From an uncultured Candidatus Saccharibacteria bacterium (lineage in GTDB: Bacteria > Patescibacteriota > Minisyncoccia > Phycocordibacterales > CSBR16-119), in the NCBI GenBank assembly GCA_964426385.1, contig CAYRQF010000003.1, forward strand, positions 22,938 to 86,937: a DNA stretch of 64,000 bases, written 5' to 3'. Both the position numbers and the translations under genes were made by a program. Positions 59,935 through 64,000 of the stretch are shown here, piece by piece. A model generated the notes under the pieces. That model saw only the letters and a list, made by a program, of their open reading frames with translations, did not search any database and was not told where the DNA came from. How positions within the stretch are numbered: position 1 is the stretch's first letter; the number at the start of each line of letters is the position of its first letter.

Positions 59935-61405
59935 ACCTGTATATATAACTACGACGCTTCCATACGTGAACAACGACCCTCATGTCGGTTTTGCCATGGA
60001 GATAATCCGTGCGGACGTACTAGCTCGATACCATAAGCTTATGGGTAAAGAGGTTTTTTTCAATACCGGAACAGACGAGCATGGACAGAAACTCCTCGCT
60101 GACGCAATGAAGGCAGGGAAGGAGGTCAAAGACTACGTCGATTTTTACGCCGAGAAGTTCCGTGGACTGAAAGACCTCCTTAATATCACCGACGAAGTCC
60201 ACTTTATCCGCACGACCGATGTCCATCATGAGGCAGCAGCACAGGCTCTCTGGAAGCTCGTCGATGGCAATGGCTACATCTACAAGAAAAATTACCAGAC
60301 CAAATACTGTGTCGGCTGCGAGCTCGAGAAAACAGATTCTGAACTAGGTGACAAGGGTCAGTGTCCGATACATCCAAACAAGGAAATAGAACTAATCGAT
60401 GAGGAGAATTACTTCTTCGCTTTTTCAAAGCTCGAGGGAAAACTTAAAGAGCTATATGATAATAATCCTCGTCTCGTTATTCCGGAATTCCGTTTCAACG
60501 AGATGAAGGCATTCCTCGACAGGGGTCTCCAGGACTTTTCTATATCCCGTCAGAAGGAAAAGATGTCGTGGGGTGTGCCGGTACCAGGGGATGACAAACA
60601 TGTCATGTATGTTTGGTTCGACGCACTCACGAACTATATCTCTACACTAGGGTGGCCAGAGGACGCTGAAGGCAACTATGCGAAATTCTGGCAGGACGGC
60701 CTAAAAATCCAGTACTGCGGTAAGGATAACCTCCGTCAGCAATCTATGATGTGGCAGGCGATACTTCTCGCAGCGAATCTACCAAATACAGATCATATAA
60801 TCATCGATGGGTTCATAAACTCTGGTGGACAGAAGATGAGTAAGTCTTTGGGAAACGTTATAAATCCTTACGACCTTATAAAAGACTATGAATCTGTTGC
60901 AGGAGATCTTGCACCAGATGTTTTGCGTTATTACATGCTTCGTCATGTAAATCCTTTCGAGGATTCAGACATGACACTTGATACATTTAAGGAAGCCTAT
61001 AATTCAGGTCTAACAAACGGACTAGGTAATTTGGTTTCTAGGGTGATGAAAATGGCCACTACTTATGGTGTGAGTCTTTCGGAGGATGAAAAAACAATGA
61101 CTTATTATGGTACAGGAACAGAAGATTTTTTGAATGACTACAATATGATGATAAAAATGGATGAGATTTGGGCAAATTTTAAAAGTATTGATGAGTCTAT
61201 AACAAGAACTGAACCCTTTAAGAAAATAAAGACAGATCCAGATCAAGCAAAAAGCGACGTCCATACAATGTTGGTCCATTTGCTTGGAGGTGCTCTCGCG
61301 TTGGAACCATTTTTACCTAAAACATCTTTAATTCTGCAAGTTCTAATAAAAGAGAATAAGATGCCTGAAACTCCGCTCTTTAACCGTCTAGAAGCTAAAA
61401 GCTAA
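59924..61405 (+). CDS. metG: Methionine--tRNA ligase
   Basis: TTLPYVN..HVGF, GTDEHG, YVWFDAL, KMSKSLGN. Confidence 0.97.
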   Translation: MSNRPVYITTTLPYVNNDPHVGFAMEIIRADVLARYHKLMGKEVFFNTGTDEHGQKLLADAMKAGKEVKDYVDFYAEKFRGLKDLLNITDEVHFIRTTDVHHEAAAQALWKLVDGNGYIYKKNYQTKYCVGCELEKTDSELGDKGQCPIHPNKEIELIDEENYFFAFSKLEGKLKELYDNNPRLVIPEFRFNEMKAFLDRGLQDFSISRQKEKMSWGVPVPGDDKHVMYVWFDALTNYISTLGWPEDAEGNYAKFWQDGLKIQYCGKDNLRQQSMMWQAILLAANLPNTDHIIIDGFINSGGQKMSKSLGNVINPYDLIKDYESVAGDLAPDVLRYYMLRHVNPFEDSDMTLDTFKEAYNSGLTNGLGNLVSRVMKMATTYGVSLSEDEKTMTYYGTGTEDFLNDYNMMIKMDEIWANFKSIDESITRTEPFKKIKTDPDQAKSDVHTMLVHLLGGALALEPFLPKTSLILQVLIKENKMPETPLFNRLEAKS

Positions 61406-61416
61406 CAGCTATAAGC
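61389..61416 (+). repeat. 4x7 nt heptamer array at the metG/tatD junction
   Basis: TAGAAGC TAAAAGC TAACAGC TATAAGC; contains the metG stop codon. Confidence 0.85.
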
Positions 61417-61417
61417 T

Positions 61418-62203
61418 ATGCGTTACTTCGATATCCATTCGCATCTAAACCTTTCGCCTCTATCGGAAGATAAGGCGAGGATCATAAAAACTCTCGAGGA
61501 AAAAGAAGTGAGTACAATTACTGTGGGTGTTGATCTCGTAACTTCTGAACAAGCTGTCGAGATCGCACAGGATAGCGTGAATCTTTTTGCTTCTGTAGGC
61601 TTTCACCCATCAGACGCGGGGAAGAAAGAGTTTGATGCAGAAAAATTCCGCGATCTCGCGGGTAGGGAAAAAGTAGTCGCCATCGGCGAATGCGGATTAG
61701 ATTACTTCCGGGTAGAGTCGAGCGACACTGAGACCAAGAATTTGCAGAAAGAAATTTTTATAAAACAAATCGATTTATCTATCGATAAAAATTTACCACT
61801 TATCCTCCATGTTCGTCCACAGAAGGGGACAATGGACGCCTATGAAGATGTTTTGGAAATTCTCCAATCTTACTCTCGCAAAAAACCAAGAGGCGACGTG
61901 CATTTTTTCGTTGGTTCTCCGGAAATTGCCCAAAGATTTTTGAGTCTAGGTTTTTACTTGTCATTCACTGGGGTTGTCACATTTGCCCGAGACTATGACG
62001 AAGTCATCAGACTCACCCCATTAGACCGTATCCTTACAGAAACCGATGCACCATTCGTCACACCCGTTCCATATAGGGGGCAGACATGCGAGCCATGGAT
62101 GGTGGAGGAGGTAGTCAGAAAGATTGCTGATATCAAGGGGCTCGAACTGGAAGAATTCCGTCTCCAAGTGATTCAGAACACCAAAAGCCTTTTTGGGGTC
62201 TAG
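61418..62203 (+). CDS. tatD: TatD family hydrolase
   Basis: DIHSHL, AIGECGLDY, ETDAPF. Confidence 0.95.
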   Translation: MRYFDIHSHLNLSPLSEDKARIIKTLEEKEVSTITVGVDLVTSEQAVEIAQDSVNLFASVGFHPSDAGKKEFDAEKFRDLAGREKVVAIGECGLDYFRVESSDTETKNLQKEIFIKQIDLSIDKNLPLILHVRPQKGTMDAYEDVLEILQSYSRKKPRGDVHFFVGSPEIAQRFLSLGFYLSFTGVVTFARDYDEVIRLTPLDRILTETDAPFVTPVPYRGQTCEPWMVEEVVRKIADIKGLELEEFRLQVIQNTKSLFGV

Positions 62204-62242
62204 GTACTTGACAGAAGTGCGTACCCATGATATCTTTTGAAA

Positions 62243-62569
62243 TATAGAAATTGGTGATTCACCCGAAGAGATCTCCTGGGCTGTCGCTCCAGGAACAAGA
62301 CTTTTAGGGTATGCGGGTCACTCCGTTAAACTGAACGAACTGCAGTTTCTGGTGGGTTCTCGGCGGGGAGTCGTGCGCGTTGGCGAACAGTCGCACGCTC
62401 TCCTCTGGGAACCATGTTCTTCAATCAACACCCTTCGGGGTTCATCATAAGTGAGCGTGCGTCTGTTCCTGCAGGGAAAACGGGCTTGGTGGTGGCCTTG
62501 CCATCCTTGCGACGATGCATTTCTCGCCCACGAGCCTAGCGACCATGTCGCTGGGCTCGTTCCTTTTTT
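62243..62569 (+). ncRNA. Candidate structured non-coding RNA of unknown family (boundaries approximate)
   Basis: Promoter TTGACA-17-TATCTT (62208-62236), multiple GC-rich stems including a UUCG loop, 14 bp terminator stem plus T tract. Confidence 0.55.
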
Positions 62570-62726
62570 ACCTAATATTGCGCCCATTTACTATTACCAA
62601 GCCTTCTGATAGTATGACCCTAACGTTTCGTTCGACTGCCTTGAAATTACAGGCCGTCGCTTGGTCCGATACGATGCGTTTTTTCTTTATCAAAAATTGA
62701 AAATTATTAATTAAAGTTAAACAAAA

Positions 62727-63230
62727 ATGGAAGAAACAGCAAAGAAACAAATCTACGAGCTCGGATACCATGTCCTCCCGACATTGTCCGAAGACGAGGT
62801 GACGAAAGTAGTAGGGGGCATCAAAGATCTCCTGTCTGGAGCAGAGGCTACTGTTATCGCTGAACAGTTTCCACAGATGATGAATCTAGCTTATGAGATA
62901 GGTAAAGACCTCGAGAACAAGAACAGGAAGTTCGGTAGTGCCTATTTCGGCTGGATTAAGTTCGAGATCCCGACTATGGCTATCGAAGGTTTCAAGGAAA
63001 CTATGGACAAGAATCTAAGTATCCTACGCTTCATTATCATCAAGACTGTGCGCGAGAGTACTCTAGCGACACCAAAGCTTGCTCACAAGGGCATGATTCG
63101 CCGAACGCCTACAGATACTGATGCTGCGGCACCTATGGATGAGGCCGCTGTCGACAAGAAGATCGACGCCATGCTTGAAGAAGATGCAGCCGTTCCAGCA
63201 GTTGAAGGAGCGTTGCCAGAAGTTAAATAG
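62727..63230 (+). CDS. rpsF: 30S ribosomal protein S6
   Basis: YELGY, LAYEI, ILRFIIIK; first gene of rpsF-ssb-rpsR. Confidence 0.9.
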   Translation: MEETAKKQIYELGYHVLPTLSEDEVTKVVGGIKDLLSGAEATVIAEQFPQMMNLAYEIGKDLENKNRKFGSAYFGWIKFEIPTMAIEGFKETMDKNLSILRFIIIKTVRESTLATPKLAHKGMIRRTPTDTDAAAPMDEAAVDKKIDAMLEEDAAVPAVEGALPEVK

Positions 63231-63273
63231 TCTCTTACAATAGGGCTAGCATTATAAATAACTTCTCAATCAA

Positions 63274-63738
63274 ATGTATCTAAATAAAGCTATGGTTATC
63301 GGGAATCTCACCCGCGACCCTGAGACAAAAGCTCTCCCGTCTGGTATAAAAGTCTGTAACTTCAGTGTCGCCACTAACAGGACATGGAAGGACAAGAACG
63401 GTGCCAAACAAGAGTCCGCAGACTTCCACAACGTCGTGGTGTTCGGACGTCAGGCCGAGATAGTTCAGCAGTATATGAAGAAGGGGAGCTCGATCATGGT
63501 AGAGGGTCGCATGCAGACTCGCTCGTGGGATGCAGATGGGGGCAAGAAATACCGCACCGAGATCATCGCTGACCGTATCCAATTCGGACCACGGGCGGGC
63601 GGAACAGGGGGTGGTGGAAACTTTGGCGGAGGTCAGAATCAGACGAATCCTCAGGACTCTGAGTCGATGAAAGCTCCAGAACTCGAAACCATAGAGTATC
63701 CAGAAGATGACATCAACCCAGAAGACATACCGTTCTAG
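63274..63738 (+). CDS. ssb: Single-stranded DNA-binding protein
   Basis: NKAMVIGNLTRDPE, EGRMQTRSW, C-terminal DIPF. Confidence 0.98.
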   Translation: MYLNKAMVIGNLTRDPETKALPSGIKVCNFSVATNRTWKDKNGAKQESADFHNVVVFGRQAEIVQQYMKKGSSIMVEGRMQTRSWDADGGKKYRTEIIADRIQFGPRAGGTGGGGNFGGGQNQTNPQDSESMKAPELETIEYPEDDINPEDIPF

Positions 63739-63771
63739 AACCCAACAATCATTAATAATAACCTAATCAAC

Positions 63772-63969
63772 ATGCAAGATTATTTCTCATCGAACAATAT
63801 CAAACACGTCGACTACAAAGACGTTGCGATTCTGAAGCAGTTCCTCGATCCTTCTGCTCGCCTTATGGGCAAGCGCAAGACGAAGCTTTCTGCCAAGAAT
63901 CAGAAGCACGTCACGACAGCGGTCAAACGCGCTCGCATCATGGGACTCCTCCCATTCGTAGCCGAATAA
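63772..63969 (+). CDS. rpsR: 30S ribosomal protein S18
   Basis: VDYKDV..LKQF, AVKRARIMGLLPF. Confidence 0.97.
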   Translation: MQDYFSSNNIKHVDYKDVAILKQFLDPSARLMGKRKTKLSAKNQKHVTTAVKRARIMGLLPFVAE

Positions 63970-63998
63970 CAAAATCCACCCGAAAGGGTGGTTTTTGT
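63969..63998 (+). terminator. Terminator after rpsR
   Basis: CCACCC-gaaa-GGGTGG followed by T tract. Confidence 0.85.
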
Positions 63999-64000
63999 TT

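Noticed and set aside
62243-62569. Assignment as RNase P RNA, tmRNA or SRP RNA
   Set aside because: The diagnostic conserved motifs were not found on either strand by eye, so it is left as unknown.
271-63972. Numerous 60-200 aa antisense or alternate-frame ORFs in the track
   Set aside because: They overlap well-supported genes and have no motifs or expression signals.
1-64000. CRISPR array, integron or diversity-generating retroelement
   Set aside because: No regularly spaced repeats with spacers and no cas, integrase or reverse transcriptase ORF. Orphan cassettes lack recognisable attC core sites and carry their own promoters.
1-64000. Alternative genetic code (TGA as Gly, code 25)
   Set aside because: Conserved genes translate full length in code 11 and TGA acts as a stop (comEC, PNP).

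Overview
This is a 64 kb chromosomal segment of a Patescibacteria/CPR bacterium, most likely Parcubacteria (inferred from compact genes, no Shine-Dalgarno motifs, secE-nusG-rplK with no rplA after it, an alpha2-type GlyRS and a short ThrS). It is read in genetic code 11. The backbone is housekeeping: thrS, argS, ileS, glyQS, metG, rpsL-rpsG-fusA, rpmB, rpsF-ssb-rpsR, rnhA, comEC, recO, tatD, a thymidylate cluster (folA, CYTH, dcd, thyA, glyA), and several very large secreted proteins. Four signals stand out. (1) About ten dispersed orphan genes form a second gene class. Each cassette has a sigma70-type promoter and a terminator hairpin, the leaders are A/C-rich and lack SD, and TGA stops are frequent (5/10, versus 1/50 in the other genes). 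One encodes a Bacteroidota-style T9SS cargo protein that a CPR cell should not be able to secrete through T9SS. Many backbone genes instead look leaderless. (2) A ~330 nt, highly structured, independently transcribed candidate ncRNA lies upstream of rpsF. (3) Several families of small repeat elements are present: a 117/118 bp element with terminal inverted repeats that ends on start codons, 4x7 nt TAnAAGC arrays (two of them in-frame inside ileS), and REPIN-like hairpins. (4) IleRS has an ALHH signature and an inserted histidine-phosphatase domain, and a CYTH enzyme heads the dcd-thyA operon. No tRNA, rRNA, CRISPR array, integrase or transposase was seen. All family calls come from motif recognition by eye, not from database searches.
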